Part shown: positions 49,368-60,113 of the stretch, one piece after another
Position numbering within the stretch: position 1 is the stretch's first letter
Layout: each line of letters begins with the position of its first letter
NCBI GenBank assembly: GCA_965237955.1
Contig: OZ250169.1
Span: 5,728,001-5,792,000 of the forward strand
Source of the DNA: Candidatus Marinacidobacterales bacterium
GTDB lineage: Bacteria > Acidobacteriota > Vicinamibacteria > Marinacidobacterales > SMYC01
Direction: 5' to 3'
Length of the DNA: 64,000 nucleotides
The notes under the pieces: model-generated
Database searches by the model: none
The model's input: the letters and a program-made list of their open reading frames with translations, nothing else
What the model was told of the DNA's origin: nothing
Translations under genes and position numbers: made by a program

Positions 49368-50065
49368 CCGACGGCAATTCCACGCTCATCATCGATGCCG
49401 ATGACACGTTGTGGGAGAACAACATTCACTTCGAGGAGGCTACCGAGCGCTTTCTCGATCTCGTCGAGACGCGCGGCGGTGACCGCGAGCGTGCGCGCGC
49501 GCGGCTCGTTCACATCGAGCGAAAGAACATCCCGGTCCATGGCTACGGGACGGGTGGGTTTACGCGGTCGTTGATGGACACTCTAGAGGAAATGACGGGG
49601 AAACCTGCGACCGCATCCGATCGACAGTCTATTCTTGCGCTCGGTGCTCTCGTGCGCATGATGCCGATCCAGTATTTGCCCGGCGTCAAGGAGACCCTGC
49701 CGCTTCTCAAGCGCCGCCACCGACTCATTCTGTTTACGAAGGGTGACCAATCGGAGCAAAGAGACAAGGTCGAGCGCAGCGGTGCCTCGTCGTTCTTCCA
49801 TGAAGTCGAAGTCACGGGTGAGAAGGGGCCTGACGATTACCAGCGACTGCTCGACGCGCACGGGATTGAGCGCGAATCGAGCTGGATGGTAGGCAACAGC
49901 CCTCGCTCGGACATCAACCCCGCTCTAGACGTCGGATTGGGAGCGGTCTACATCCCGCACCCGCAGACGTGGCAACTCGAGCACGAGGAAGTCCGCCCGC
50001 GAGAAGGTGCGCGTTTGAAGATCCTGAAGACGTTCGCGGAACTGTTGGATCACTTTCTTCACTAA
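49364..50065 (+). CDS. HAD-superfamily hydrolase
   Basis: Motifs DADDTLW, TKGD and MVGNSPRSDI. Confidence 0.88.
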   Translation: MTDGNSTLIIDADDTLWENNIHFEEATERFLDLVETRGGDRERARARLVHIERKNIPVHGYGTGGFTRSLMDTLEEMTGKPATASDRQSILALGALVRMMPIQYLPGVKETLPLLKRRHRLILFTKGDQSEQRDKVERSGASSFFHEVEVTGEKGPDDYQRLLDAHGIERESSWMVGNSPRSDINPALDVGLGAVYIPHPQTWQLEHEEVRPREGARLKILKTFAELLDHFLH

Positions 50066-50207
50066 GCTGAGTCCTCTGGTTTCGGCACGGCGTCGCCCCC
50101 TGCGCCTGCCCGATACGTCTAGTTTTGATTGAGCGGGGACGGGCAGGGGCTAGGGCAAGGGCAGGGGAAATCCGAATCCCCACATTTTCCCTCTGCCGCT
50201 TTTCCAG

Positions 50208-50236
50208 TTGACACAAACCCCTTGCGTGTAGAGAAT
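50208..50236 (+). promoter_or_regulatory. Putative sigma70 promoter of the XRE regulator
   Basis: TTGACA-N17-GAGAAT. Confidence 0.5.
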
Positions 50237-50294
50237 AACCTCAACCCTCAACCGTCCGGACAACTGAATACAACTGGTCGAAAGGGGGATCTGT

Positions 50295-50669
50295 ATGTTC
50301 AAGAAAATCGGACAGCGCATCCGCAAAGTCCGATTGGAGCACGGAATCAAGCAGAAGGACCTGGCGCGCAAGATCGGCATTTCGCAGGGGGCGCTGACCA
50401 ACTTCGAGCTCGGCCGCCGGAAAATCTCGTTGGAGTGGCTCTTGAAGATCTCGCGCGCTCTCGAGGTTCCCGTCGGTTACTTCATGGGAGCCGTCGAACC
50501 GCCAGCCGATGACGACACGCTCGGTCCGAAAGAGCACCGTCTTCTCCGTGCCTTCCGCCGTATGGGCCGCGATCCGCGTCTTCAGATGGAGATCCTGCAT
50601 GTCATCGAGAGGATGGGCCATCACTTGGGTCGAGGAGCGAGCCGTGCGGGAAGGAGCGCGTCTGCCTAG
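50295..50669 (+). CDS. XRE-family HTH regulator
   Basis: IRKVRLEHGIKQKDLARKIGISQGALTNFELG. Confidence 0.88.
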   Translation: MFKKIGQRIRKVRLEHGIKQKDLARKIGISQGALTNFELGRRKISLEWLLKISRALEVPVGYFMGAVEPPADDDTLGPKEHRLLRAFRRMGRDPRLQMEILHVIERMGHHLGRGASRAGRSASA

Positions 50670-50801
50670 CCGTCCAATCGAGAAACGCACCCGTCTCAGA
50701 GGTTTTCCGTTCGTTCCGTCGCCTCTGAGTCGGTGGTATTAATCCTCTAAAAACAGCAATTTCCACGCCTTTGAGGTACAATTTAGAGGATCTCTTACAA
50801 T

Positions 50802-51515
50802 ATGCCGGATCTACCGATCTATCCCGAAAAGCGGGAGGCGCCGGGATACGCTCTCGAGCGTCGGCTCAGCCGACTCCACGAGTCGAGCTCGGATTCCTAT
50901 TCGAGTGCGCTTCAAGCGCTTCGTAACCAGTGCGCGAACGAGACGTTGCGTCTTACCGGGGCACCGAACGAAAGCGAAAAAAACGAGCTCGTCGAGGCGC
51001 AGCAAGCCGCGCTCGCCCTCATCGAGAAAGCGGCAGCCAGGGCGAGCGAACCTGACCTCGACCTCGACCTCGTTCGGGAGGTGCATCGCATCGCGAACCC
51101 GGGCTCGGACGGGACCTTTCGCAACGGCGACATCGCACCACAGTTCAAAAACGCCCGGCCGTCACCAGCGCGCTTCATCGAGGCGAAACTCGACAATCTG
51201 CTCCAATGGCTCTCGACCGAGATTGGCCGCGACATGTTTCCCTCCGCGCGTATGGCCCTGTGGTTCGCCCGGTTCGTCGAGATCGCTCCTTTCGAGCACG
51301 GGAATTTCCGAACCGCGCACCTGCTGACCAACTTTTTTGCCGCCACCGCCGGGTTTCCGCCGGTCACACTCGCGCTCGAGGATGCGGAATCGATCCGAAC
51401 CGAGGTCGAGCGCGCCATCGAGTTCGACACCGCACCGCTCGTCGAGCGGTTCTCCCGAGCGCTCGAAAACGCCCTCCGATCGTGTGAGGAGGCAGCCCCG
51501 CGAGAGCCGGAATGA
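50802..51515 (+). CDS. Fic/Fido-domain protein with a degenerate catalytic motif
   Basis: VREVHR, GTFR and F.EIAPFEHGNFRTAHLL (canonical HPFxxGNGRxxR). Confidence 0.75.
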   Translation: MPDLPIYPEKREAPGYALERRLSRLHESSSDSYSSALQALRNQCANETLRLTGAPNESEKNELVEAQQAALALIEKAAARASEPDLDLDLVREVHRIANPGSDGTFRNGDIAPQFKNARPSPARFIEAKLDNLLQWLSTEIGRDMFPSARMALWFARFVEIAPFEHGNFRTAHLLTNFFAATAGFPPVTLALEDAESIRTEVERAIEFDTAPLVERFSRALENALRSCEEAAPREPE

Positions 51516-53671
51516 CGCCGTCCGGACAACAAGTCCAGAGAGTTCTCTCGGAAGTCTCCGGCAGCCGAGTGCGCAACTTCAGCATTTACGCGAGCGTCGT
51601 CACCGTTGCGGCTGCGAGCGCGGCGGGACTCTTCGTCCGTGACGCCGCCATCGTCATCGGAGCGGGGATGACCACGAGCGATATCGCGCGGCTCGCCTAC
51701 GTCGCGCTCCTCATTGCCGGGCTCACGTATTCGACGTTCCACTACGCCCGGAAGCACCACAGCCAGCTCGACGAGCTCGCACTTCTGTGTTCCTCGTTTG
51801 CGGCGTGAACTTGATTGTCCAGCTGACAGGCGGTGCACGCTCCTATTGGCAGGGCTTGTACCTCGTGTTGGGAGGATTGGCGTCGGTGGCGTTTTCCCGT
51901 CGACTGGTTGTGGTGCTCGTCGCACTCGTTCTGTGCCTCGAGGTCTCGAATTTTCTCCTCGCGCCGCAAACCCTACAGGGCACGGCAGGCTCGCCGGTCG
52001 ATTTGTTCCGGCTCGCGCTACTCTTTCTTCTCGCAGTCGTTGGCTACAACTATATGGAGCGCGTCGATCGAGAACGAGCCGAGCGTGCCGAGGACCGGCT
52101 CCTGCGATTGAATGCGGGACTGAAACAGCTGGGTGCAACCGACGAAGACGAAGACGCTGCCGTCTCGCCTTTGAGTGCAGACGGGCAACGCATCGGTCGA
52201 GCCGAGCAACTGCAACGTCTCGAATTGCACCTCGCACCGCTTCTGCAGCTCGTCACCAAGGCTACCGATGCGCGCGATGCGGTGCTTCTAAGTCGCTGAA
52301 GGGAAGGCTCCTATTGGGTGCGCCTCGCTGCGGAAGGAGACGTCGAGCCGCGGCAGTTCGACGTACGCGGCAGCTTCCTCGCGGAAGTGCTTGCGAACGG
52401 AGCGACCGGTGTCGCTCGAATCGGGGAACACCGCGTACCGACTTCCGTGGTGGCTGGACTCGGTCCCAGTACAGTCCGTCCAGTCCGTTCTCGCCATCCC
52501 GATTCGAATATGGGACGAGCCTCCGTGGATCCTCGTCCTCGACCACGAGGAGCCCGAGCACTTCGAGACCGAGCGCCGCGAAATGGCGGTCGCGGTTGCG
52601 GCGCAGATGTCCGAAGCTCAGGCGCTCTTCCGGCGGCAGGCGAAGCACTACGTCGAGGAGCTCGAGCTCAAAGGGCTTCTGCGCGCGAGCGAGAAGCTCT
52701 CGAGCTCTGTGCGGTTAGTCGAGCTCTTGCGGCACGTGGTCGACTACGCGCGCGAAGTGGGGAAGTTCGACACGTGCAGCGTCTGTCTCATGTCGGACGG
52801 CAACGAAGAGTTCTCGGTCGCGGTCGCGGAGGGTTACCGCAAGGAGATTCTCGGAAAGACGTTCCCACTCGAAGCTCCCACGTGGGCCGGTTGGGTGTTG
52901 CGCGCGCGGGAAGAGCCTCTCGCGATCCGCATGGAGCGACGCTCCGGTATGCCGATTCTCGATCCCAAGGAGCGAGCGACGACGGGCGGGGGCTTTCTCA
53001 CGATGCCGCTCCGAGCGCAACAGCGAGTTTGCGGAGCGTTGTTTCTCACCCGGGAAGGCGAGGGGTTCACCGCGCGCGAGCTGCGACTGCTTCGTATCTA
53101 TTGCAACCAGGCGGCGGTCGCCATCGAGAACGCGATCGTCTACGAGCGCGTCGAGAATCTCGCGGCAACCGACGGTTTGACCGGTCTGTTCAATCGTCGC
53201 TATCTCGAAGGCGCGCTCGAGCGCGAGCTCGCGCGAGCGGATCGGAGTAGCTCGAGCCTTGCGCTTCTTCTGCTCGACATCGATCACTTCAAGAGTTTCA
53301 ACGATAACTACGGTCACGCGATGGGTGATCTGGTGTTGAAGAAAGTCGCATTGACGCTTCAGCGGTGCTTGCGCCAGGCCGACGTTCTGGCGCGTTTCGG
53401 GGGAGAGGAGTTCGTCGTGCTGTTGCCGCAAGTGGGTGCGCGCGGCGCCATGGAGTCGGCCGAACGCATCCGGGCGGCACTCGAGCGCTCCGGCATCCAT
53501 CCGGGAGGACCCCGGCAACGAGTGACCGTGAGCATTGGTCTCGCGATGTTTCCCGACCACGCCGACTCGTCAGAGTCCTTGTTGCGCGCTGCCGACGAGG
53601 CGTTGTACCGGGCGAAAGACGCGGGTCGCAATCGTATCGTCGGCGCTGAACTTCCGGTTCCAACCTTGTAG
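51512..53671 (+). pseudogene. Membrane GAF-GAF-GGDEF diguanylate cyclase with two frameshifts and an in-frame TGA (52297-52299)
   Basis: TM N-terminus, DGLTGLFNRR, DIDHFK, RQAD I-site and GGEEF. The C-terminal 426-aa part is open. Confidence 0.8.
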
Positions 53672-53859
53672 CCGATTCGTGGATTACTACGAAGCGCTCG
53701 GCGTAGCACGAGACGCAACCGTTGCCGAGATCAAGAAGGCCTATCGGGCGCTGGTCAAGGAAGTTCATCCCGATAGCGGCAACCCCGGCGACATCGCCCG
53801 CTTCCACGCAATCCAGAAAGCGTACGAGGTGTTGTCGGACCTGAGTCAACGCCAGGCGT

Positions 53860-55304
53860 GGAGGTGCCCCCACCATAGTTGAAGGTTCGAGGTGGTGGCG
53901 GCTCCTGACACATGGTTTACCCGACTTTGGCGTGCTTGTCGAGCGCTTGATTCTCAGTGACCTCCGCTAACTTCGCTTCGAGGATCGGTAGCGATTGGTA
54001 TCCAATGATACGACGGAAATTTTTCTCCGTGGCGAGCAGAGCCGAAGCGGCCCATCTCAGAACCATCTTGCCATTGCGCCAGCGGGTGACGCGACGGGTA
54101 CGACCTCGCGCACCGCTGAAGCACGACTCGATGATGTTCGTCGATCCAAGGCAGCGTTTCAGAGATGCGGGGAGGTCGAGCTCGTTGATGGTGAACATCT
54201 CGTCGAGCCCCTCCCGGATGCTCTCCGCCGCCGAGGGGTAGTCGTCCTCGAGCCACTTCGCCTGTTGCTCCAACCGCGCTTTGCCCTTCTTTGCTGGGAG
54301 CTGCCAGGCCGAACGCAGGCTCGCTTGCACTTGCGGCTTCAGCTCCTGCGGCAGATAACCGAGCACATTGCGCTCCTTGTGCTTCCTGCAACGCTGGACC
54401 TTGTTGTGGGTACCGAACACAGCGTCGACGGCGACCCGTAGCGCCTTGGAGCCATCGATCACGAACAGCCGACACCGCTCTGGGCTCAGGCCTCGTTCGA
54501 CCAGGTCCTCCAGCAGCGCCTTGCACACTATCTGGTTCTCCGATGCTCCATCCCGAAGCCCCAGAACATGCTTGTATCCCTCTGTATCTACGCCGATTGC
54601 CGCCAGCGCGTGGTGCTCGCCGAAGCGAATCCCGTCCAGGTACACGACCGCGATCTCCAGCTCGTCCAGCGGACGCTCCATCAGCCCCTGCAACTGCTCC
54701 GCGCTTGCTTCCACGAACTCACGGCTCACCTCGCTCTTGCTAACCCCTACCGTCTCCGCCATCTCGGGAAGAACCGACGCGTACTTGCGCGTCGACACAC
54801 CCAGCATCAGGATTTCCCAGATGCGTTGGCTCAGCCGAGACGAGTTGTTCACCGCTTCGTAGGCAGGAATCGCAACCTCCCCTCCCTCTGCCTTTCCCTT
54901 ACGCCGCAGACGTGGCCGGCTCACTCTCAACTTCCGCTCCGCAAGGCTTACTACGCCACCCTGCCGGCCGTGCCAGCGAACATCGCTACCCTTCTTCCCC
55001 GGGTGTTTCTCCCCAGCCACACTTTGGGCTGACAGATCCAAGACCGCTTCGATCGTCGCTCGGCCAGCAACGTCGATCACTTCGTCGATCGCTATCTCGG
55101 TTCGCTCAATCGCATCCAAGAACGGCAACAGAGCTTGCCCCTTCGAGCTCAGTATCTCTAGAAGCTTCTTCCTGTTCTTCGCATCGATGATTTGGTGATT
55201 TGACATCGTGGTGGCTCCTTTCTTTTTCCTTCACAGCCGGATTCTATCGAACCCGGCCTTAGGAGCCGCCACTCCTAACCTTCAGCTATCTCAGGGGCAT
55301 CTCC
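53860..55304 (-). mobile_element. IS256-family element A, copy 3 (1445 bp)
   Basis: TSD CCAGGCGT at 53852-53859 and 55305-55312. Confidence 0.95.
53917..55206 (-). CDS. IS256-family transposase (429 aa)
   Basis: One residue different from copy 2. Confidence 0.95.
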   Translation of the reverse strand: MSNHQIIDAKNRKKLLEILSSKGQALLPFLDAIERTEIAIDEVIDVAGRATIEAVLDLSAQSVAGEKHPGKKGSDVRWHGRQGGVVSLAERKLRVSRPRLRRKGKAEGGEVAIPAYEAVNNSSRLSQRIWEILMLGVSTRKYASVLPEMAETVGVSKSEVSREFVEASAEQLQGLMERPLDELEIAVVYLDGIRFGEHHALAAIGVDTEGYKHVLGLRDGASENQIVCKALLEDLVERGLSPERCRLFVIDGSKALRVAVDAVFGTHNKVQRCRKHKERNVLGYLPQELKPQVQASLRSAWQLPAKKGKARLEQQAKWLEDDYPSAAESIREGLDEMFTINELDLPASLKRCLGSTNIIESCFSGARGRTRRVTRWRNGKMVLRWAASALLATEKNFRRIIGYQSLPILEAKLAEVTENQALDKHAKVG

Positions 55305-55738
55305 CCAGGCGTACGATTCGGGCCGGTCGCCCATGGGCCTGACCAGCCTGACAAGCTGGACAGGGGGGTTCGAAGAACCCCTCGTCCCGTTCCGGGAAGT
55401 CCGCCCGCGAACCCCACCGACGTCGGCGCACCTCGACATCGTTCTTTCTCCGGAGCAAGCGCAACGCGGCGGTGAAGTCGTCCTCGAAGCACCCAACGAG
55501 AGAAGTTGTGAGCCAGGTGCCGGGCGAGGGCTGGACTTTTTCGGCTGGTGCAGCGAGTGTCGAGGCGAAGGCTGGCTACAGACCCGCGAGCGCATCCGTT
55601 TCCGCGTGAAGCCCGGCCTGAACCACGGCGACATCGTCACGGCTAGAGCAAGCGACGGCCGAGTAATAAGCGCCCAGATCCGAATCCGCTAGACGAGCGG
55701 CCATCCGGAAAGTGCTCCCTGCCTCATACCGAAAAACA

Positions 55739-55835
55739 AACGCAAAGACGCCAAGGCGCGGGGACGCAAAGGAAAAGAGAGAATCAGCGCCAAAGGCGCC
55801 CACTTGGCGCCTTTGCGACCCTGCGCCTTTGCGTT
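55739..55835. repeat. ACGCAAAG-type inverted repeat, copy 3
   Basis: AACGCAAAGACGCCAAGGCGCG...CTGCGCCTTTGCGTT between convergent genes. Confidence 0.75.
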
Positions 55836-55858
55836 GAGAGTTTTGTCGGCGGTCTAGT

Positions 55859-56125
55859 CTAGTCGGTGAGGCGAAAAGTCTCAGTCGGGTCGTCTTTGTC
55901 AGCGCCGTTGAACCTGTTGTAGGGGAACTTCGACAGCAGCCAGAAACGGAAGCCTCCGAAGGCGATCCCGATGGCGAATGCCACCGCAAGCACGATGCCG
56001 ATGAAGTAGAAGGTGTGCAAGATGAACCACACGAAAGACGGTTCCGGGTCGGGATCTGTGAGCGTGAAGTATCGGATCGCCGGTTGTTCCGTTTGAGCCC
56101 AGAGAAACGCGATCACGTGGCGCAT
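55859..56125 (-). CDS. Small membrane protein
   Basis: One long hydrophobic segment; co-oriented downstream of the amidase. Confidence 0.6.
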   Translation of the reverse strand: MRHVIAFLWAQTEQPAIRYFTLTDPDPEPSFVWFILHTFYFIGIVLAVAFAIGIAFGGFRFWLLSKFPYNRFNGADKDDPTETFRLTD

Positions 56126-56143
56126 TGCGCCCCATTTTAGCAA

Positions 56144-57841
56144 TTATTGCTCCGCGACGGCGGTGGCAACGACATCGAGGCTCGTTTTGCGGACCAGGGT
56201 GCCGTGGTAGCTGCGAATTCCCTGTGCGATCGACTGCGCGATCTTCTTGCGGTAGGCGGCGTCTTCGAGTAGCTGTTCGTCTTTACGGTTCGAGAGGTAC
56301 GCGACCTCGACGAGCACCGACGGAACCCGCGCGCCCAAGAGCACGTAGAAGGGCGCCGTCTTCACGCCACGGTTTCGGAAGTCTCTCGTCGACTTGAACA
56401 GGCCCGTCGCCATTTTGGTCTGCACGTGGCTCGCAAGCTCACGCGACTCTTCGATCTTGGAGTTGTTCATGACCTTCTGGAGAAGCTCGTTGAGCTCCGA
56501 AAGGCGCCGGGTCGTCGAAGCGTTCTCCCGAGCCGCGACTTCGGCCGCGTCGGGGGTCGTCGCGAGGTTGAGGTAGTACGTTTCGATACCGCGGGGCCTC
56601 GAGCTGCGGCTCGCGTTCACGTGGATGGAGACGAACAAGTCCGCGCCTTTCGAGTTGGCGATCGCAGTGCGCTCTTCGAGAGGAATGAACACGTCCTTGT
56701 TGCGAGTCATGAACACTTCGAACCCTTCGCTCACGAGAAGCTTTGACACGCGCCTGGAAATATCGAGCACGAGGTCTTTTTCCCGCAAACCCTTCTTGCT
56801 CATCGTCCCCGGGTCGTGTCCGCCGTGCCCGGGATCGATGACGACCCGGCGCGCCTCCAACCCGAGCTGCTGCGCCAGCGAATGGCCACCATCGCTTCGC
56901 GGGTCCGGCGCCAAGTCGACGACGGCTTCGGGCGCATTTTGCAAGGGCTCCGGTTTCTTCCCCGAGATGTCGACGACGAGTCGATATGGGTCAGGAAGCC
57001 AAAAGACGTTGTAGTCGCTGATGCTCTCGAAGTCCAGAACGACGCGAACGGTATCCGGGTTGTTCTGGCCGACACGGATCTGTTTCAAGAAACCGCCGTC
57101 GACGGGAAACGGCTTCGACGCGAGCGCTTTGGTGACGCGCGTGCCGAGAAGATCGAAATAGATACGGTCCGGGTTTTCGAGCTTCCCCTGGCGGTACTTG
57201 ACATCCTTGTCCAAATCGATGACGACGCGGGTGTACTCGCGCTTCGAGTCGGACCAATGCCGGATGTTCCGGACGCCTATTACTCCGGGCGGCAAGCTTT
57301 CGCTCGCGGCGCGTTTCGGCCGCGACATGTTCTCTAGCAGCCGCCTCGCCTCGGAGGCCTCGCTGGTGTTGGGCCACTGAGACGTCACTTTGCGAAACTC
57401 GATGCTTGCGCTCTTGCGTTCCGAGCGCTCGAGAAAGATCTTCCCCCGTGTGAGCCGGGCGCGCTTGGCCCATTTGCTCGATGGGTAACCGTTCGCGAGG
57501 AGGAGGTGAGTGTCGAGACTTCGTTGCAGGGCAGCCCGATCCTCGAAGCGCCGGTGGATCTCGAGAAGGATCTCACCCTCGTAGTAGAGCGCGTCGTCGC
57601 TGTAACCGCTCTGTGGATGCGCGAGCACGACCTTCCGGTATGCCTTGGCCACGTTGTTCCATTCGGACTTTTTTTTCAGGCGTGCTTTGGACTGGTGGAG
57701 CTTCTTCTCGGACGCCTGAGCGTCCTTGTAAAGCGTGGCGGCAGACCTCTGAGCTTCGACAACACCGGGCGCGAGAGCCCAGAGGAAAACCATAATACCG
57801 ACACCGAGCGCGGTACTAGCGGAGCTGCTGATCGACCTCAT
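56144..57841 (-). CDS. N-acetylmuramoyl-L-alanine amidase (TPR-AMIN-Amidase_3)
   Basis: Motifs IDPGHGGHDPG, EKD, FVSIHVN and PSVLVEVAY, with AMIN repeats RVVIDL and RLVVDI. Confidence 0.9.
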   Translation of the reverse strand: MRSISSSASTALGVGIMVFLWALAPGVVEAQRSAATLYKDAQASEKKLHQSKARLKKKSEWNNVAKAYRKVVLAHPQSGYSDDALYYEGEILLEIHRRFEDRAALQRSLDTHLLLANGYPSSKWAKRARLTRGKIFLERSERKSASIEFRKVTSQWPNTSEASEARRLLENMSRPKRAASESLPPGVIGVRNIRHWSDSKREYTRVVIDLDKDVKYRQGKLENPDRIYFDLLGTRVTKALASKPFPVDGGFLKQIRVGQNNPDTVRVVLDFESISDYNVFWLPDPYRLVVDISGKKPEPLQNAPEAVVDLAPDPRSDGGHSLAQQLGLEARRVVIDPGHGGHDPGTMSKKGLREKDLVLDISRRVSKLLVSEGFEVFMTRNKDVFIPLEERTAIANSKGADLFVSIHVNASRSSRPRGIETYYLNLATTPDAAEVAARENASTTRRLSELNELLQKVMNNSKIEESRELASHVQTKMATGLFKSTRDFRNRGVKTAPFYVLLGARVPSVLVEVAYLSNRKDEQLLEDAAYRKKIAQSIAQGIRSYHGTLVRKTSLDVVATAVAEQ

Positions 57842-60113
57842 TGAAATAGTCCTTCGGTACGAGAACCTCGCGTCGATTCGAACCTTCGGCCGGCCCTATT
57901 AGCCCGTCCGCTTCGAGCATGTCCATGATTCTGGCGGCGCGGCTGTAGCCGAGACGCAGGCGGCGCTGAAGGTGTGACGTTGACGCGGCGCGCGTTTCCA
58001 CGACGAGGCGCGCCGCCTTGTCGAACATCTCGTCTTTCTCGAAAGCCTGGGCCTCGTTGCTTTCTTGTGCTCGAAGAATCGCCTGATTGTACTCCGGTTT
58101 GCCCTCGCGTCTCCAAAACGCGACCAGACGCCCCACTTCGGCTACCGAGACGAACGGGCCGTGGAGGCGCAGCAGCCTCGCCGAGCCCGGCGGCAACAAC
58201 AACATGTCGCCGCGTCCTAGAAGCTGCTCGGCGCCGTTCGAATCGAGGATCGTGCGCGAGTCGACTCGCGAGGCGACGCGAAACGCGATCCGCGTAGGGA
58301 AGTTCGCTTTGATGATCCCGGTGATGACGTCCACCGAGGGACGTTGAGTCGCGAGCACAAGGTGGATGCCGACGGCGCGCGCCATCTGCGCGAGGCGGGT
58401 AATCGCGTCCTCGACGTCCGAGGACGACACCATCATCAAATCCGCGAACTCGTCGATCACCACCATCACATACGGAAGTGGCCGGAGCGGCTCGCCGTTC
58501 TCGTCTTCTTTCTTCTCTCCGGCCTCGACCGCGCCCCTGATGATGTTGTTGTATTGATCGATGTTACGGACGCCTTCGGAGGCCAGCATTTTGATGCGGC
58601 TCTCCATCTCGAAGACGATCCACTTGAGGACGTCGCTCGCTTTTTTCGGTTCGGTGACCACCGGTGTCAGAAGGTGCGGGATGTCCTGATAGAACCCGAG
58701 CTCGATCCGTTTCGGATCGATGAGAATGAATTTCACCTCATCGGGTGTGGACTTGTAGAGAATCGAGCAGATGATGCTGTTCAACAGGACCGACTTGCCG
58801 CTACCGGTCGCGCCCGCAATGAGCACGTGGGGCATGCGCGCGAGGTCGCTGACGTAGGGGGCACCGGCGATCGTTTTTCCGAGCGCCAGGGTGAGCCGCG
58901 AGGCGCTCGAGCCGAACTCGTCGGTCTCGAGAATCTCGCGAAGTCCGATCGTCTCGCGAACGGTGTTCGGGATCTCGATTCCCACGGTCGATTTGCCCGG
59001 GATGCGATCGATGCGGACGGATTCGGCCTGAAGCGCCAAGCACAAATCTTCAGCGAGGGAGGTGATCTTGGCGTACTTGATCCCCGCGTCCGGTTTGAAC
59101 TCGAACGTCGTCACCACCGGACCCGGGTGGATCTGTTGCACCGCTCCTTGGACCGCGAACTCACGGCAGCGCTGCTGAAGGAGTTTGGCGCGCTCCATGA
59201 GGTCCTTTTCGTCCGTTTTCACCTCGTACCGTCGCGCTTCGAGGATACCGAATGGCGGTGTGTTCCACCGGCCCTTCTTCGGTGTGAACGGAAGGATCTC
59301 CTGCTTCTCCTGCTTTTGCGGCGTCACCGATGTAGCCGACACTGCCTTTTCCGCCATGACCTTCGCGACGCCAACTGAGGGCGTGTCGCTGCTGTTGTTG
59401 GCGTCTGCTTCTTGGTCCTTCTTGATACGCGCCTGCTTGGCGTGTTTCTTGACGACGCGCTCGCGAAGCTTCTCCTTCCGCCGGCTTTCGCGGTAGTGGT
59501 GGAATGCGATCAACCACTCGTTCGACTTGCGTCGCTGCCAACTCCGGAACGCCTTGACGCCGCTACTGAGCGACCAGTGGGTGGCGGCGGTGAGTGCGGT
59601 GAACCACAGCGTGACCAGCAGGATGAACGCACCAATAGGGTTGAGAAGCGAAACCAGATACGACGCGAGCAGTTGCCCTAACGCGCCACCGGCGGGCGCG
59701 AGCTGCCCGCTCAACGGGATTTCGCCGAGAGCTAGCGCCAAAAGCGCCGAGAAGCTCGTAACGAGCGTGGCCAGCCCGATGATTCTGCTGATGCGGGAGT
59801 CGATCAGATGGTACCAGAACCGGTTCCAGCCCGCGAAGAACAAGAACGCTGCGAGCAAGTACGACGCCAACCCGAACACCTGGAGGAACGCTTCCGAAAG
59901 GAATGCGCCCGCGGGGCCGATCAAGTTCTCGGTCGGGCGCGGTGTCATCTCCTTGAAATACCACGCGGGATCGGTCGGGACGTGTGAGAGAAGGCTCACC
60001 GCCAACATGAGCGCCGTCGCCATCGAGACGACGCCGGTGATCTCGGAGAGCCGCTCCGTGGGAATCCAGCTCTCGATCTCGCTTCTACGAGCTGTCGAGC
60101 GCGACGTAGGCAA
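57816..60113 (-). CDS. ftsK: DNA translocase FtsK
   Basis: 4TM N-terminus, GATGSGKS, IDEFAD, ATQRPS and the gamma domain LQRRLRLGYSRAARI. Confidence 0.95.
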   Translation of the reverse strand: MPTSRSTARRSEIESWIPTERLSEITGVVSMATALMLAVSLLSHVPTDPAWYFKEMTPRPTENLIGPAGAFLSEAFLQVFGLASYLLAAFLFFAGWNRFWYHLIDSRISRIIGLATLVTSFSALLALALGEIPLSGQLAPAGGALGQLLASYLVSLLNPIGAFILLVTLWFTALTAATHWSLSSGVKAFRSWQRRKSNEWLIAFHHYRESRRKEKLRERVVKKHAKQARIKKDQEADANNSSDTPSVGVAKVMAEKAVSATSVTPQKQEKQEILPFTPKKGRWNTPPFGILEARRYEVKTDEKDLMERAKLLQQRCREFAVQGAVQQIHPGPVVTTFEFKPDAGIKYAKITSLAEDLCLALQAESVRIDRIPGKSTVGIEIPNTVRETIGLREILETDEFGSSASRLTLALGKTIAGAPYVSDLARMPHVLIAGATGSGKSVLLNSIICSILYKSTPDEVKFILIDPKRIELGFYQDIPHLLTPVVTEPKKASDVLKWIVFEMESRIKMLASEGVRNIDQYNNIIRGAVEAGEKKEDENGEPLRPLPYVMVVIDEFADLMMVSSSDVEDAITRLAQMARAVGIHLVLATQRPSVDVITGIIKANFPTRIAFRVASRVDSRTILDSNGAEQLLGRGDMLLLPPGSARLLRLHGPFVSVAEVGRLVAFWRREGKPEYNQAILRAQESNEAQAFEKDEMFDKAARLVVETRAASTSHLQRRLRLGYSRAARIMDMLEADGLIGPAEGSNRREVLVPKDYFNEVDQQLR

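Larger units (their letters stand above)
53679..55692 (+). pseudogene. J-domain (DnaJ-like) protein interrupted by IS256
   Basis: VDYYEALGV..HPD..AYEVLSD..RQA|YD continues in frame after the IS and includes CSECRGEG. Confidence 0.85.
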
